Numbered from the stretch's first letter, positions 53,706 to 64,000 are shown. The stretch: 64,000 bases of DNA from Synechococcus sp. (GCA_047285805.1 JBJBCN010000003.1:832001-896000); one strand, 5' to 3'. Program-made: numbers and translations. Notes: generated from the letters alone by a model not told the origin.

Positions 53706-53735
53706 TTTACAAAGTGCGCAAACATCCTTTACATT
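53706..53735 (+). promoter_or_regulatory. psbA promoter
   Basis: TTTACA-18 nt-TACATT. Confidence 0.65.
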
Positions 53736-53811
53736 CGATCGGGCGGCTCAATCGGGCCGCCCTAACTACCGCTCTTACGGCTTGTCCGTTGAGCCCTTCT
53801 TTCCCGTACTC

Positions 53812-54891
53812 ATGACGACCACCATCCAGCAGCGCCAAGGCGCTTCTGCGTGGAACCAGTTCTGCGAGTGGGTCACCAGCACCGACAACCGCCTCTATGT
53901 GGGTTGGTTCGGCGTCCTGATGATTCCTTGCCTGCTGGCAGCCACCATCTGCTTCATCGTTGCGTTCATCGCAGCACCCCCCGTCGACATCGACGGCATC
54001 CGTGAGCCTGTTGCTGGCTCCCTGATCTACGGAAACAACATCATCTCTGGTGCTGTTATCCCCTCCAGCAACGCCATCGGCCTGCACTTCTATCCCATCT
54101 GGGAAGCCGCCAGCCTCGACGAGTGGCTGTACAACGGCGGTCCTTTCCAGCTGGTTGTTTTCCACTTCCTCATCGGCATCTACGCCTACATGGGTCGTGA
54201 GTGGGAACTCTCCTATCGCCTCGGCATGCGCCCCTGGATCTGCGTTGCTTACAGCGCACCCGTGGCTGCTGCTTCCGCAGTGTTCCTGGTGTATCCCTTC
54301 GGTCAGGGCTCCTTCTCGGACGCCATGCCCCTGGGCATCTCCGGCACCTTCAACTACATGCTGGTGTTCCAGGCTGAGCACAACATCCTGATGCACCCCT
54401 TCCACATGCTTGGTGTGGATGGTGTGTTCGGTGGTTCCCTGTTCTCCGCCATGCACGGCTCCCTGGTGACCTCTTCCCTGGTGCGTGAAACAACCGAGAG
54501 TGAGTCCCAGAACTACGGCTACAAGTTCGGCCAAGAGGAAGAGACCTACAACATCGTGGCTGCCCACGGTTACTTCGGTCGCCTGATCTTCCAATACGCC
54601 TCCTTCAACAACAGCCGCAGCCTGCACTTCTTCCTGGCTGCCTGGCCTGTTGTTGGCATCTGGTTCACCGCCCTGGGCGTTAGCACCATGGCGTTCAACC
54701 TGAACGGCTTCAACTTCAACCAGTCGATCCTGGATTCCCAGGGTCGTGTGCTGAACACCTGGGCTGACGTGCTGAACCGCGCCAACCTCGGTATGGAAGT
54801 GATGCACGAGCGCAACGCTCACAACTTCCCCCTCGACCTGGCTGCTGCTGAGTCCACCCCCGTGGCTCTGCAAGCTCCCGCCATCGGCTGA
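53812..54891 (+). CDS. psbA: Photosystem II D1 protein, D1:2 type (Glu130)
   Basis: 359 aa; [16 protein letters not shown] (E130), His198, [16 protein letters not shown]. Confidence 0.99.
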   Translation: MTTTIQQRQGASAWNQFCEWVTSTDNRLYVGWFGVLMIPCLLAATICFIVAFIAAPPVDIDGIREPVAGSLIYGNNIISGAVIPSSNAIGLHFYPIWEAASLDEWLYNGGPFQLVVFHFLIGIYAYMGREWELSYRLGMRPWICVAYSAPVAAASAVFLVYPFGQGSFSDAMPLGISGTFNYMLVFQAEHNILMHPFHMLGVDGVFGGSLFSAMHGSLVTSSLVRETTESESQNYGYKFGQEEETYNIVAAHGYFGRLIFQYASFNNSRSLHFFLAAWPVVGIWFTALGVSTMAFNLNGFNFNQSILDSQGRVLNTWADVLNRANLGMEVMHERNAHNFPLDLAAAESTPVALQAPAIG

Positions 54892-54945
54892 GGCTGAACC
54901 CCAACGATTCAGCTTCTTCTCGAACTTCGAGGACTGTTGAATCAG

Positions 54946-54972
54946 AAGCCCCCGCGAAAGCGGGGGCTTTTT
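54946..54972 (+). terminator. Intrinsic terminator after psbA
   Basis: AAGCCCCCGC-GAAA-GCGGGGGCTT-TTT. Confidence 0.92.
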
Positions 54973-55036
54973 GTTGGTTGGGCGTTAAACCACTAGAAGG
55001 TGACTGGATTTCTCCTCTTTGTTCATTGGGGTCGCC

Positions 55037-55891
55037 ATGAGTACGCAGCATGCGAGCGGTCATCACCTGAACGTTTCCCTTGGGGATGGCCTCTGGGACG
55101 CTCTGCACGTTCTGGCGGAACGCACCGGTGAGAGCGTCAGCCACATAGTCCGCCGCTCCCTCGCGGACACCCTGGACGTGGATCACCACACGATCTATCA
55201 GGTCTCCACGTCCGGAGCCCTGGTCCAGGGGGTCTATCAGGGGTGTGTCCGGGTAGCTGACATCAAGCGCCACGGGGATTTCGGGCTCGGCACCTTCGAT
55301 GGTCTCGACGGCGAAGGGATCATGCTCGACGGCACCTGCTGGCAGGCCCGCAGTGACGGATCGGTGGGGGTCGCTCCTGAGGAGTCCTTGGCTCCCTTTT
55401 GGGCTACGACGTTTTTCGCTGCAGACCGCACCGCCACGTTGCCATCGGTGGCCAGTTGGGATGACCTCACGGTGCAATTGGATGCGCTGCGCCGCAGCGA
55501 CAATCTCTTTTGCGCGATTCGGGTAAAGGGCACGTTTGAGAGGATCCACTACCGCGTGGCCTGCAAGAGCGCTCATGGCACTGATCTGGTGACCGCCACC
55601 AGCCACCAAGCGGAGTTCAGCCAGCAGGACATTCGTGGAAGTCTGGTGGGGTTCTGGACCCCCAGCTATGCCCGCACGATCAATGTGCCCGGCTATCACC
55701 TCCACCTCTTGAGCGATGACCACCAACACGGCGGTCACATCCTCGACCTAGAGGCCAAGGAGTTGACCGTGCAGGTGCACATGGACAACCACGTGCACCT
55801 GGCTCTGCCGGAGACGCCGGCTTTTCTGGAGGCCGACTTGAAGGGGGATCCCGCCGAGGCGCTAGCCAGGGCGGAGAGCAAATACAGCTGA
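55037..55891 (+). CDS. budA: Alpha-acetolactate decarboxylase with N-terminal RHH-like extension
   Basis: YQVSTSGAL, HGDFGLGTFDGLDGE, GFWTP, PGYHLH...GGH zinc motif, C-terminal AE. Confidence 0.9.
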   Translation: MSTQHASGHHLNVSLGDGLWDALHVLAERTGESVSHIVRRSLADTLDVDHHTIYQVSTSGALVQGVYQGCVRVADIKRHGDFGLGTFDGLDGEGIMLDGTCWQARSDGSVGVAPEESLAPFWATTFFAADRTATLPSVASWDDLTVQLDALRRSDNLFCAIRVKGTFERIHYRVACKSAHGTDLVTATSHQAEFSQQDIRGSLVGFWTPSYARTINVPGYHLHLLSDDHQHGGHILDLEAKELTVQVHMDNHVHLALPETPAFLEADLKGDPAEALARAESKYS

Positions 55892-56593
55892 CCCCTGGGC
55901 CAGGGTTGCGGTGAGGGCCGTGTCCACGCTCAAGGTCCGCTCCCCCAGATGGACGGGGCGCGCACCGTTTGCTTGGGCGAGCTCCAGCTCGAAGGGGACA
56001 AAGCCTCCCTCCGGTCCGACCATGACCAGTGCGGGTTTGCCGGTGAACGATCCGAGGGGCTGCTGAGCAGATATGTCGGTGATCAGGCAGAGGCGTTCCC
56101 CGGTCAGTCCCGGCAGCTCGTCTTCTATGAAGGGCCTGAAGCGTGGGTGCAGGTGCACCTGCGGGGCAATGGTGTCTCGTGCTCGCTCCATGCCGGCGAG
56201 CACTGCGTCCTCCACCTTGCTGGCCTGGAGCAGGGGGCTCTGCCAGTAGCTCTTCTCGACCCGCGCGCTGTTGATCAGGTGCAGGTGGCTGATCCCGAAT
56301 TCCGCGCATTGGCGCAGGATGCGTCGCAGCATTTTCGGCCTCGGTAGGGCCAGCACCAGATCGAAAGGGTGGCGCCGGGGCGGGGCTTCGGTGAGGACCG
56401 TGCTGAGCACCACGCCATGGGTGTCGAGGGATTCGATCAGGCCGTGACCGCAGGCACCTCCAAGGCGGCCCACCCGCAGGGTGTCCCCTGTGCTGGCGCG
56501 AAGCACCTTGCGGATGTGGCTGGCCCGCTGGTCTTTGAGCAGCACCCGCTGCTCGTCGATCCAGTCCTCCGGTTTCAGCAGGACGATGTTCAT
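55862..56593 (-). CDS. rsmE: 16S rRNA m3U1498 methyltransferase RsmE family
   Basis: HIRKVLR, LPRPK, VGPEGGF, LGERTLSVDTA. Confidence 0.88.
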   Translation of the reverse strand: MNIVLLKPEDWIDEQRVLLKDQRASHIRKVLRASTGDTLRVGRLGGACGHGLIESLDTHGVVLSTVLTEAPPRRHPFDLVLALPRPKMLRRILRQCAEFGISHLHLINSARVEKSYWQSPLLQASKVEDAVLAGMERARDTIAPQVHLHPRFRPFIEDELPGLTGERLCLITDISAQQPLGSFTGKPALVMVGPEGGFVPFELELAQANGARPVHLGERTLSVDTALTATLAQGSAVFALRPG

Positions 56594-56599
56594 GGCCGG

Positions 56600-57052
56600 T
56601 CAGCAGCCGATGTCTTCGGCCCAGAGCTCAGGCTTCTGCTCCTGCATGGTGCGCATCAACTGCTCGCAGCATGGATCATCGAGGCAGTTCACCTCGATGC
56701 CAGCCTTTTTAAGCCAGGCCTCAGCGCCTTGAAAGGTTGTGAGTTCGCCGATGACGACCCGCCGAAAGCCCAGCAAAACGGCGGTGCCCGCGCACATTGG
56801 ACAGGGAGAGAGGGTGGTGACCAGGGTCAGCTCACGCCAGTCCTGTCGACGGCCGGCGTTGCGGATGCACTGGGTTTCGCCGTGGCTGGTGGGATCACCG
56901 TTTTCGACCCGTTGGTTCTGCCCCTGGGCCACAATCGTTCCATCCTCTTGGGCCAGGACGGCCCCGATTGGAATGCCCCCTTCAATCCAGCCCCGTTGGG
57001 CTTCGGCGCGGGCCGCATTGAAGAGACGTTGCATCGTGCTGCGATCGATCAC
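56600..57052 (-). CDS. Nucleoside/cytosine deaminase (CDA fold, Fcy1-like)
   Basis: EGGIPIGAVL, HGE, LSPCPMC, VVIGE, LWAEDIG. Confidence 0.88.
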   Translation of the reverse strand: MIDRSTMQRLFNAARAEAQRGWIEGGIPIGAVLAQEDGTIVAQGQNQRVENGDPTSHGETQCIRNAGRRQDWRELTLVTTLSPCPMCAGTAVLLGFRRVVIGELTTFQGAEAWLKKAGIEVNCLDDPCCEQLMRTMQEQKPELWAEDIGC

Positions 57053-57106
57053 ATCTTCGTGTCGTTGGCTCAAACATGGCGACGGGATTGCGCTTTGGCT
57101 GTTGGC

Positions 57107-57607
57107 ATGACGCAGCAGGACAACCTCACCCAGTGGGATCCCGCCAGCCACGGCGTGTCCGAGATCGTTGCGGCCCTTGATTTGCAACCCCATCCGGAAG
57201 GGGGTTGGTATCGCGAGACTTTCCGCAGTGTTCTGAAGGTGCGCCGCGCCGATGGCGCTCAGCGTGATGCCTTCACCCAGATCCTCTTTCTGTTGGGGCC
57301 GGGTGAGATCAGCCGCTGGCATCGGGTCAACCATGCCGATGAGAGTTGGTGCTGCCTCGCTGGAGATCCCTTGGCGCTTCTGATGCTGGGGTCTGGGCCG
57401 GAGGGGCTCCACGAGCATCGCCTGCAGTCAGGGGCAGCCCAGAACATCGTCGTGCCAGCTGGTGTCTGGCAGGCGGCGCGGGGGCTGGGACGTTGGAGTC
57501 TGATGACCTGTGCGGTGGCCCCTGGTTTTGACTTCGCTGACTTTCAACTGCTCAGCGAACTTTCAGCCGCTGAACATCCACCAGCTGCGCTGCCTGAGTA
57601 TCGCTAG
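57107..57607 (+). CDS. Cupin_5 (DUF985) protein
   Basis: LQPHPEGGWYRETF, SRWHRV, DESW, VPAGVWQAA, CAVAPGFDFADF. Confidence 0.9.
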   Translation: MTQQDNLTQWDPASHGVSEIVAALDLQPHPEGGWYRETFRSVLKVRRADGAQRDAFTQILFLLGPGEISRWHRVNHADESWCCLAGDPLALLMLGSGPEGLHEHRLQSGAAQNIVVPAGVWQAARGLGRWSLMTCAVAPGFDFADFQLLSELSAAEHPPAALPEYR

Positions 57608-57705
57608 GGCACAGCAAACTGCTTGTGAGTCAATCAGAGCCAACGACCCAGAGGTCCCTCTGTAACTTGCCTTTTGACTCTCGTTTGAGATTGTCAAGGC
57701 TGCGA

Positions 57706-57777
<72 letters not shown>

Positions 57778-57824
57778 ATCGTAGTGAAATTAGCATTCAG
57801 GCTCCAATGCCAAGCGCTGCCCGG

Positions 57825-58085
57825 ATGTCCTCTGAATCCCGCCCCCCCTTGGATCCGGACCTAAAGGCTCGGTTACTTCAGGAGGCTCGCACCCCATGGC
57901 GTGGATTGCGGCGGGGGCTGTGGCTGGCCTTCACAGCTTCTGCCGCAGTGGGGCTCGCCACTATGGCGATGCGTTCAGCCGGTGGAGAGGTGGTCCAGGG
58001 CTCTGACCTCCTGATTCAGGTTTCGGCCTTAGCCATCTTCGGACTTCTCCTCTGGCGCGACCGGTCTCCCAGCATCGACGACTGA
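57825..58085 (+). CDS. DUF3493-family small membrane protein
   Basis: RLLQEARTPWRGLRR followed by two TM segments. Confidence 0.75.
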   Translation: MSSESRPPLDPDLKARLLQEARTPWRGLRRGLWLAFTASAAVGLATMAMRSAGGEVVQGSDLLIQVSALAIFGLLLWRDRSPSIDD

Positions 58086-59090
58086 CGCGTCTTCGCTGTT
58101 GTTGTTATCCGGGGCTTCCTCAGCGTTCTGTTCGCCTTGGGGTGCTTCTGCAGTCGTCTCTTCCGGGGAGGTCTCTTCGTGAATGATCGTTTTGGGGCCG
58201 ACCTCTTCCGCCGTGGGCTTTGGGTTGGCTTCTCGTGCTGCGTCTTCGTCTTCCTTTGGCGGGCCCTCGACGTCATCTGAGACAAGGGCTTCGGCTCTGG
58301 CCTCTCGGGCGTCGGTTTCCTCGACGGCCTCTGGGTCAGCCTGCAAAGTCCCTGCAGCCGGTTCTTGGGATTCTGCGGCGACGGTCTGCGTCTCGGCAGG
58401 GGAGTCGGTCTGTTCCGGTTCTAGGGCAACAGCTTCGGGTTGTTCCTGTTGCTCTTGCGGTTCTGCCTTCGGTGCTGGAGCGACGGGAGACGAGGGTTTC
58501 GCAAAGGCCAGCGGCGCGAGCAGCAAGAGCGGAAGCCCAGCGTTGAGGCGTTGCTCGGCTGCCTGGACTTGGTTCAGGGGCAGGGTTTGATCCACCAGGC
58601 TGGCGGACCGGCTCAGCATCCAGATCGCTTGGATCACCTGGGCCCATTGCCACTGGATCAGTGCCAAGACGGGAATGCAGAGCAGGAGCACCACCAACCT
58701 TGGACTGCTCGAGACGGGAGACCAGGCCCAGGCCATCCCGGCATGGCTGTCGGCCCACCAGGACAAGGGCAGCAGCAGTGCAGCACCCAGGGCAATGACG
58801 ATCTTCAAGGGCAGTGCGGTCTGCAGTGCGCTGAGACGAAACTGCTCCGGACGTCGACCCCGCAGGGGCATCTGCAGGATCAGCAAGGACCAGAGGTCAG
58901 GCGGCAGTCGCCAGAACAAAACGGCACTGCCCAGGGAGCCGATCGCCCAGGTGAGTAGGCGTTCGAAGCCAGGGAAAGGCCCGGGGTCTGCTCCTGCAAA
59001 GAGCAGGAACAAGAGCAGAATCTCGAGCGGCAAGGCCGCGAGCCCGAGTAGCTGGAGCCACAGGAGGGGTTCGCGTCTTGCCGGATTCAC
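58029..59090 (-). CDS. Cyanobacterial low-complexity-tail membrane protein
   Basis: EPLLWLQL N-terminal TM domain, acidic E/A/P-rich tail; directly downstream of infB. Confidence 0.78.
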   Translation of the reverse strand: MNPARREPLLWLQLLGLAALPLEILLLFLLFAGADPGPFPGFERLLTWAIGSLGSAVLFWRLPPDLWSLLILQMPLRGRRPEQFRLSALQTALPLKIVIALGAALLLPLSWWADSHAGMAWAWSPVSSSPRLVVLLLCIPVLALIQWQWAQVIQAIWMLSRSASLVDQTLPLNQVQAAEQRLNAGLPLLLLAPLAFAKPSSPVAPAPKAEPQEQQEQPEAVALEPEQTDSPAETQTVAAESQEPAAGTLQADPEAVEETDAREARAEALVSDDVEGPPKEDEDAAREANPKPTAEEVGPKTIIHEETSPEETTAEAPQGEQNAEEAPDNNNSEDASVVDAGRPVAPEEKSEDG

Positions 59091-59092
59091 GA

Positions 59093-62000
59093 TTAGTTGC
59101 TGAGGGTGCGTCGCTGCGTGACCAGTTTGAAGGCTTCCACCCGATCGCCTTCCGCCCAGTTGGCAAAACGATCACAACCGATGCCGCATTCGAAGCCGGT
59201 GGCGACTTCCTTGACATCGTCCTTGGCGCGGCGGAGGGAGTCGAGATCTCCCTCGAACACCTTCTCCTTGCCGCGCCAGACCCGCACTTTGCAATTGCGC
59301 TGCAGTTTGCCGGTGGTGACATAGCAGCCGGCCACGGCGCTCTTGCCGATGGTGAAGATCGCGCGCACTTCCGCTTCGCCGAGGGACTCTTCCACCAGCT
59401 CGGGCTCCAGCAGGCCTTCCATGGCCATCTGGATGTCCTCAAGCAGTTTGTAGATGACGTCGTAATCCCGCACATCCACGCCGGTGGCATCGGCGGCACG
59501 TTTCGCGCCCGGCGCCATCGAGGTGTTGAAGCCGACGATCACGGCGCCGGAAGCGGCAGCCAGGTCGACGTCGGTTTCGGTGATTTCGCCCGGTGCGGAG
59601 AGCAGAACACGGACCTGAACCTCTCCTTGAGGTAGCTGTTCCAAGGAGCCGAGGATGGCCTCAACGGAACCTTGGACGTCGGCCTTGAGGATGAGGTTGA
59701 GTTCCTTGAGTTCCCCTTCGCTGGCTTGGCCAGACATGGAGGCAAGAGACACCCGGCGGGAGGCCATCTGTTGGGCCAGGCGGGTCGCACGCGCTTCGGT
59801 GGCGCGGTCGCCGACGACAGCACGGGCTGTTTTTTCGTCGGTGTAGACCTCGAATTCATCGCCGGCCGTGGGCACTTCGCTGAAGCCCAGGGCTTCCACG
59901 GCGTAGGAGGGGGCGGCCTCTTTGACGCGCTTGCCGTTGTCATCGACCATGGCGCGGACCTTGCCAAGGATCGGGCCAGCGGCCAGCACGTCGCCGGTGC
60001 GCAGAGTGCCGTTTTGAATCAACAGCGTTGCCACGGGGCCCTTTGCCTTGTCGAGGTGAGCCTCGATCACAGTGCCTCGGGCCATACGGTCTGGGTTGGC
60101 CTGCAGGTCTTCCACTTCGGTGACCAGCAGGATCATCTCCAGCAGCTTGTCGATGTTCTCGCCCTTGATGGCGCTCACCGGCACCATCACGGTGTTGCCG
60201 CCCCAGTCCTCAGCGACTAGCTCGTGGGAGGAGAGCTCCTGTTTGACGCGATCCGGGGAGGCACCTTCCTTGTCGATCTTGTTGATCGCCACCACGATCG
60301 GCACCTTGGCGGCCCGGGCGTGGCTTATGGCTTCCAGGGTCTGGGGACGGACGCCGTCATCGGCGGCCACCACCAGCACGGCCACGTCGGTGACCTTGGT
60401 GCCACGGGCCCGCATGGCGGTGAACGCCTCGTGGCCCGGAGTGTCGAGGAAGGTGAGCTTCCGCTGTTCCCCGGCGTGGGGCACTTCGACCTGGTAAGCA
60501 CCGATGTGCTGGGTGATGCCACCGGCTTCGCCGGCGGTGACCCGGGTTTTGCGGATCGAATCCAGAAGGCTGGTTTTGCCGTGGTCGACGTGGCCCATGA
60601 CGGTGACCACGGGAGGGCGACGGATCAGGTGAGCCATATCGCTCTCTTCGATCATCTCGACGGTCTTTGCGGCCGCTTCCTCGACGTCGTCCTCGAGCAC
60701 CGGAACGCCGAATTCCTTGGACACCGTCTCGATCGCGGAGAGATCGAGGGTCTGAGTCACCGTGGCGATGATGCCCTTGAAGAAGAGGCTCTTGATGATC
60801 TCGGAGCTCTCGACGCCCAGCTTGTCCGCGAGCTCCTGCACCGTGAGGTTGCCCTCCGGCACGACGAGCATCTCGGGACGCTGTTGCTTGGCTTCCCTGG
60901 CAGCCCGCAGCTCCATGGCGCGGCGGCGCTGACGCTGGCGGGCTGTTTCCTTGCGGCGCTTGCGAGCGACAACAGTCGGCTTTGGCTGAGCCGAGCCGGC
61001 ACTGCGGGGTTTCGCAGGACGGGCCAGGGAGGCCTGCAGCACAACTGCATCGGTGTCACCGGCGTAGCCACCGGTTTGTGCCGCCAGGGAATCGTCGTTC
61101 TCGCCAATGATGTGAACGCGCTGGCGCTGCTTCTGGGGCGAGCGGCTGCGCAGTGCATCCAGACGGGCGCTGTCGTCCCAATCGGGGCGGCGAGGGCGTC
61201 CACCACCCGGGGGCATGGGGGCGCGGAAATTGGGGCGACGGGGCGCCGAGGGGGGCGTTGCCGAAGGACGGTTGGCGTCACCGGCGGCTGCACCCGGCGC
61301 ACCGGTCGGTGCGCCGGGACGCCGCGGGGGCGGTGCGCTGGGTCGGGCACCAGGCTTCTGGAGCTGCATCAGCTCGCCAGGGGCCACCGGTTTGCGCATC
61401 CCGGGCATGCCAGGACGGGTCGGGGGTGCAGGACGGTTTCCGCCGCCGGCGGGGCCGCCAACATCGCGGCGAATGGGTTTGCCGACCAGCTCCACCTGGG
61501 GACGAGTGGGCTTCGCGGGCTTACCGCCTTGTCCCACACGGGTCGGGGCGGGTGCGCCAGGGCGTGTCGGCATCCCCGGGCGTTGGCTCAGGGCCGGACG
61601 GCCGGACGGTGTGGCGGGACGGGCACCACCTTGACCGCCTTGGGGGCGGCTGACCAGCTGGGGACGTCCACCACCTGCAGGGCGGGTGGGTGCGCCCGGA
61701 CGTTGGGGGCTGCCAGCTGCAGGGCGAGAGACAGGCGGGGCCGGCTTACGGGCCGGTGGTGCGCCCGCTGGGGACTTGGAGACGATTGCCGGTGCAGGGC
61801 GGCTGGGTGCCGGAGCAGCGGGGCGGCTCGGTGGGGCACTGGCGGCTGGTTTGGCCACAGGTTTCGCCGCGGCGGGCCTCGCCGGAGGGGCTGAGGGGGC
61901 GGCTGGACGGCTCGCGGGTGCGCTCGCTGCCAGTTTCGCTGCCGGCTTGGCCGCAGGCTGACCAACGGGCTTGGCCGAAGCCGCAGGTTTGGCGGCAGGA

Positions 62001-62401
62001 GCAGCGGCTGGACGGCTCGGGGGAGCGCTGGGCGAAGCAGGACGAGCGGGAGCGGCGGGCTTGGCGGCCTGGGGTTGGGGCCGAGGAGCAGGGGCCGCAG
62101 CAGCAGGTTTCGTCGGAGCCGGACTTGCCGCAGGCTTCGCGGGAGCGGCAAGCGCAGCCGGGGCAGCTTTCTTCACCGAAAGGATGGCCTTCTTGGGCTC
62201 GGCCGCTGCCGGAGCAGGTTTGCTGCCGTTCCCGCCACCTTTGATCAGGCTGCGAATTTGCGCTGCCTCGTCATCGCTGATGGAGCTGCTGTGGCTCTTC
62301 GCTGCGATCGACAGTTTCTCGGCGGCATCGAGCACGTCCTTGTTCTCAAGGCCCAAGTCCTTGGACAGCTCGTAAATCCTGACTTTGCCGCTGCTGGTCA
62401 T
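59093..62401 (-). CDS. infB: Translation initiation factor IF-2
   Basis: [24 protein letters not shown]; long Pro/Ala-rich N-terminal region. Confidence 0.99.
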   Translation of the reverse strand: MTSSGKVRIYELSKDLGLENKDVLDAAEKLSIAAKSHSSSISDDEAAQIRSLIKGGGNGSKPAPAAAEPKKAILSVKKAAPAALAAPAKPAASPAPTKPAAAAPAPRPQPQAAKPAAPARPASPSAPPSRPAAAPAAKPAASAKPVGQPAAKPAAKLAASAPASRPAAPSAPPARPAAAKPVAKPAASAPPSRPAAPAPSRPAPAIVSKSPAGAPPARKPAPPVSRPAAGSPQRPGAPTRPAGGGRPQLVSRPQGGQGGARPATPSGRPALSQRPGMPTRPGAPAPTRVGQGGKPAKPTRPQVELVGKPIRRDVGGPAGGGNRPAPPTRPGMPGMRKPVAPGELMQLQKPGARPSAPPPRRPGAPTGAPGAAAGDANRPSATPPSAPRRPNFRAPMPPGGGRPRRPDWDDSARLDALRSRSPQKQRQRVHIIGENDDSLAAQTGGYAGDTDAVVLQASLARPAKPRSAGSAQPKPTVVARKRRKETARQRQRRRAMELRAAREAKQQRPEMLVVPEGNLTVQELADKLGVESSEIIKSLFFKGIIATVTQTLDLSAIETVSKEFGVPVLEDDVEEAAAKTVEMIEESDMAHLIRRPPVVTVMGHVDHGKTSLLDSIRKTRVTAGEAGGITQHIGAYQVEVPHAGEQRKLTFLDTPGHEAFTAMRARGTKVTDVAVLVVAADDGVRPQTLEAISHARAAKVPIVVAINKIDKEGASPDRVKQELSSHELVAEDWGGNTVMVPVSAIKGENIDKLLEMILLVTEVEDLQANPDRMARGTVIEAHLDKAKGPVATLLIQNGTLRTGDVLAAGPILGKVRAMVDDNGKRVKEAAPSYAVEALGFSEVPTAGDEFEVYTDEKTARAVVGDRATEARATRLAQQMASRRVSLASMSGQASEGELKELNLILKADVQGSVEAILGSLEQLPQGEVQVRVLLSAPGEITETDVDLAAASGAVIVGFNTSMAPGAKRAADATGVDVRDYDVIYKLLEDIQMAMEGLLEPELVEESLGEAEVRAIFTIGKSAVAGCYVTTGKLQRNCKVRVWRGKEKVFEGDLDSLRRAKDDVKEVATGFECGIGCDRFANWAEGDRVEAFKLVTQRRTLSN

Positions 62402-62487
62402 TCAGTGCTCCAAGTGGTCGGGGGCAACACGTGCCACCGGGCCATCACCCACAGTGAGGCCACTATTTATCTTGCCTCAGCGCCTGA

Positions 62488-62745
62488 TTAAGAGGTGGCA
62501 TTCAGGCGCTGTTCCAAGGCCGCGTAGATGGAATCTGACACTTGGCACCGGAGTGCCTTCTGCAGACGTTTGCGGCGCTTGGCTTCCTCAAAACAGCTCT
62601 CGGTCGGACAGAGGTAGGCCGATCGGCCCATGCCCTGATCCAGAGCCATTCCGCCCTCGGCCAGGCGGATGACCCGCAGCAGTTGCTGGCGATCCAGCAG
62701 TGCTCGGCAGGTCACACAACGCCTGAGGACGGGCTGCTGCTTCAC
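62488..62745 (-). CDS. ylxR: YlxR (DUF448) RNA-binding protein
   Basis: RRCVTCR, GRSAYLC; lies between nusA and infB. Confidence 0.93.
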   Translation of the reverse strand: MKQQPVLRRCVTCRALLDRQQLLRVIRLAEGGMALDQGMGRSAYLCPTESCFEEAKRRKRLQKALRCQVSDSIYAALEQRLNATS

Positions 62746-64000
62746 CGGGCTCCTTCCTCGTCGCTGACCTCTGGAACAGCCTCCTTGACTACTTCTTCGG
62801 TGGCCTCGGCTTCTGCGACTGGCTCTCGCTCGTTTGCCGCCTCGTAGTAGTTGGCTTGCTCGATGTACTCCTCCTCGTCCTCGGGCAGGGGATAGAGCTC
62901 GCGTAGACGGGCATCTTCCTCGGCGCGCAGGGCATGCTCTGCCTCCATCCGGGCTTCGGCTTCGGCCTGGAGCGTTTCCTCTTCTTGGCGCATCGCGATC
63001 AGCTCAGCGACCTTCTCGTCCTCGGATGTCTGGTCGTACTCGGTGCTGTTCTTGATGTCGATCTTCCAGCCGGTCAGACGGGCGGCGAGGCGAACGTTCT
63101 GGCCTTCGCGGCCGATGGCCAGGCTGAGTTGATCGGGCGGAACCAGCACGTGGGCGTGCTGTCCCTCTGGATCCACGAGCCGCACCGCTTCAACACGGGC
63201 AGGGCTCAGGGAGTTGGCGATGTACTGACCGGGGTCGTGGGACCAGCGGATGACGTCGATTTTTTCGCCCCGCAGTTCGTTGACGACCTGCTGGATGCGG
63301 GAGCCGCGGGCACCGATGCAGGCGCCAACCGGGTCCACCTCACGCTCGACGCTGTCGACGGCCACCTTGGTGCGCGGACCAACCGAGCGGGACGGCGGGT
63401 TGGCTTCACGGGCGACGGCAACGATGCGGACCGAGCCTTCCTGGATCTCGGGGACCTCGTTTTCGAAGAGGTAGACCACCAGGCCAGCGTTGGAGCGGCT
63501 GACAAACAGCTGGGGACCGCGGCGGGGGATTTCGCTGACCTCCTTTAGGAAGACCTTGAAGGTGGCGTTGGCCCGGTAGTTGTCATTGGGCAGTTGGTCG
63601 CGGCGGGGGAGTTCGGCCTCCACCTCGGGACGGCCAAGGCCGCTGCTCACGGCCATGATTACGCTCTGACGCTCAAAGCGGATTACGCGAGCGGTCAGAA
63701 CGGGGTCCTCGAGGTCGGCGAATTCCTCCTGGATCATGCGCCGCTGTTGGTCCCGCAGCTTCTGGGCGAGAACCTGCTTGGTCGTGGCGGCGGCCATCCG
63801 ACCGAAGTCTTCTTTCTCGGGGGTGACGTCCAGGACCACAGTGTCACCGGCCTGGGCGTCTTCAGCCACCTGCATCACCTCGGCCAGGGCGATCTGGTGG
63901 TCTTCGCTTTCGACCTCCTCCACGATGATCTTGGAGGCCAGTACTCGGTAGCCCTCCTCGTCGAGATCCAGGGCGACATCGAAGTTGGAGAAGTAGTCCT
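62742..64000 (-). CDS. nusA: Transcription factor NusA (5' end outside window)
   Basis: FGRMAA, S1 domain, [39 protein letters not shown]. Confidence 0.98.
   Translation of the reverse strand, partial: DYFSNFDVALDLDEEGYRVLASKIIVEEVESEDHQIALAEVMQVAEDAQAGDTVVLDVTPEKEDFGRMAAATTKQVLAQKLRDQQRRMIQEEFADLEDPVLTARVIRFERQSVIMAVSSGLGRPEVEAELPRRDQLPNDNYRANATFKVFLKEVSEIPRRGPQLFVSRSNAGLVVYLFENEVPEIQEGSVRIVAVAREANPPSRSVGPRTKVAVDSVEREVDPVGACIGARGSRIQQVVNELRGEKIDVIRWSHDPGQYIANSLSPARVEAVRLVDPEGQHAHVLVPPDQLSLAIGREGQNVRLAARLTGWKIDIKNSTEYDQTSEDEKVAELIAMRQEEETLQAEAEARMEAEHALRAEEDARLRELYPLPEDEEEYIEQANYYEAANEREPVAEAEATEEVVKEAVPEVSDEEGAR

Noticed and set aside
56369..57106. Long N-terminal extension on the cupin ORF (412 aa) and on the deaminase ORF (to 57418)
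   Set aside because: Each extension is the antisense of the neighbouring real gene, not a fusion
61200..62230. Repetitive GC-rich DNA
   Set aside because: Encodes the Pro/Ala/Arg-rich N-terminal region of IF-2; no fixed repeat-spacer structure, so not CRISPR

Overview
GC-rich chromosomal segment of a picocyanobacterium (Synechococcus/Cyanobium cluster-5 type, judged from psbA, psaE, pipX, CP12 and the rRNA operon). It is mostly core genome. It holds one complete rrn operon (16S, tRNA-Ile, tRNA-Ala, 23S, 5S), four other tRNAs, methionine-salvage genes (mtnB, mtnC, mtnD), mutM, recQ, mutS2, the der-ecfT-pipX-pipY-sepF-proC cluster, glgX, hup, hemB, obgE, a D1:2-type psbA and the 3' part of the nusA-ylxR-infB operon. 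I found no integrase, transposase or CRISPR array. Most notable: (1) an acetolactate decarboxylase with an N-terminal ribbon-helix-helix-like extension, in a small islet between psbA and tRNA-Thr(CGT); (2) a stand-alone CaMKII hub domain gene overlapping mtnC; (3) a tandemly duplicated RNA module with compensatory changes in the rrn leader; (4) a D1 A203D substitution; (5) a frameshifted L,D-transpeptidase; (6) phased A-tracts upstream of hup. All product calls come from recognising motifs by eye; no database search was run.
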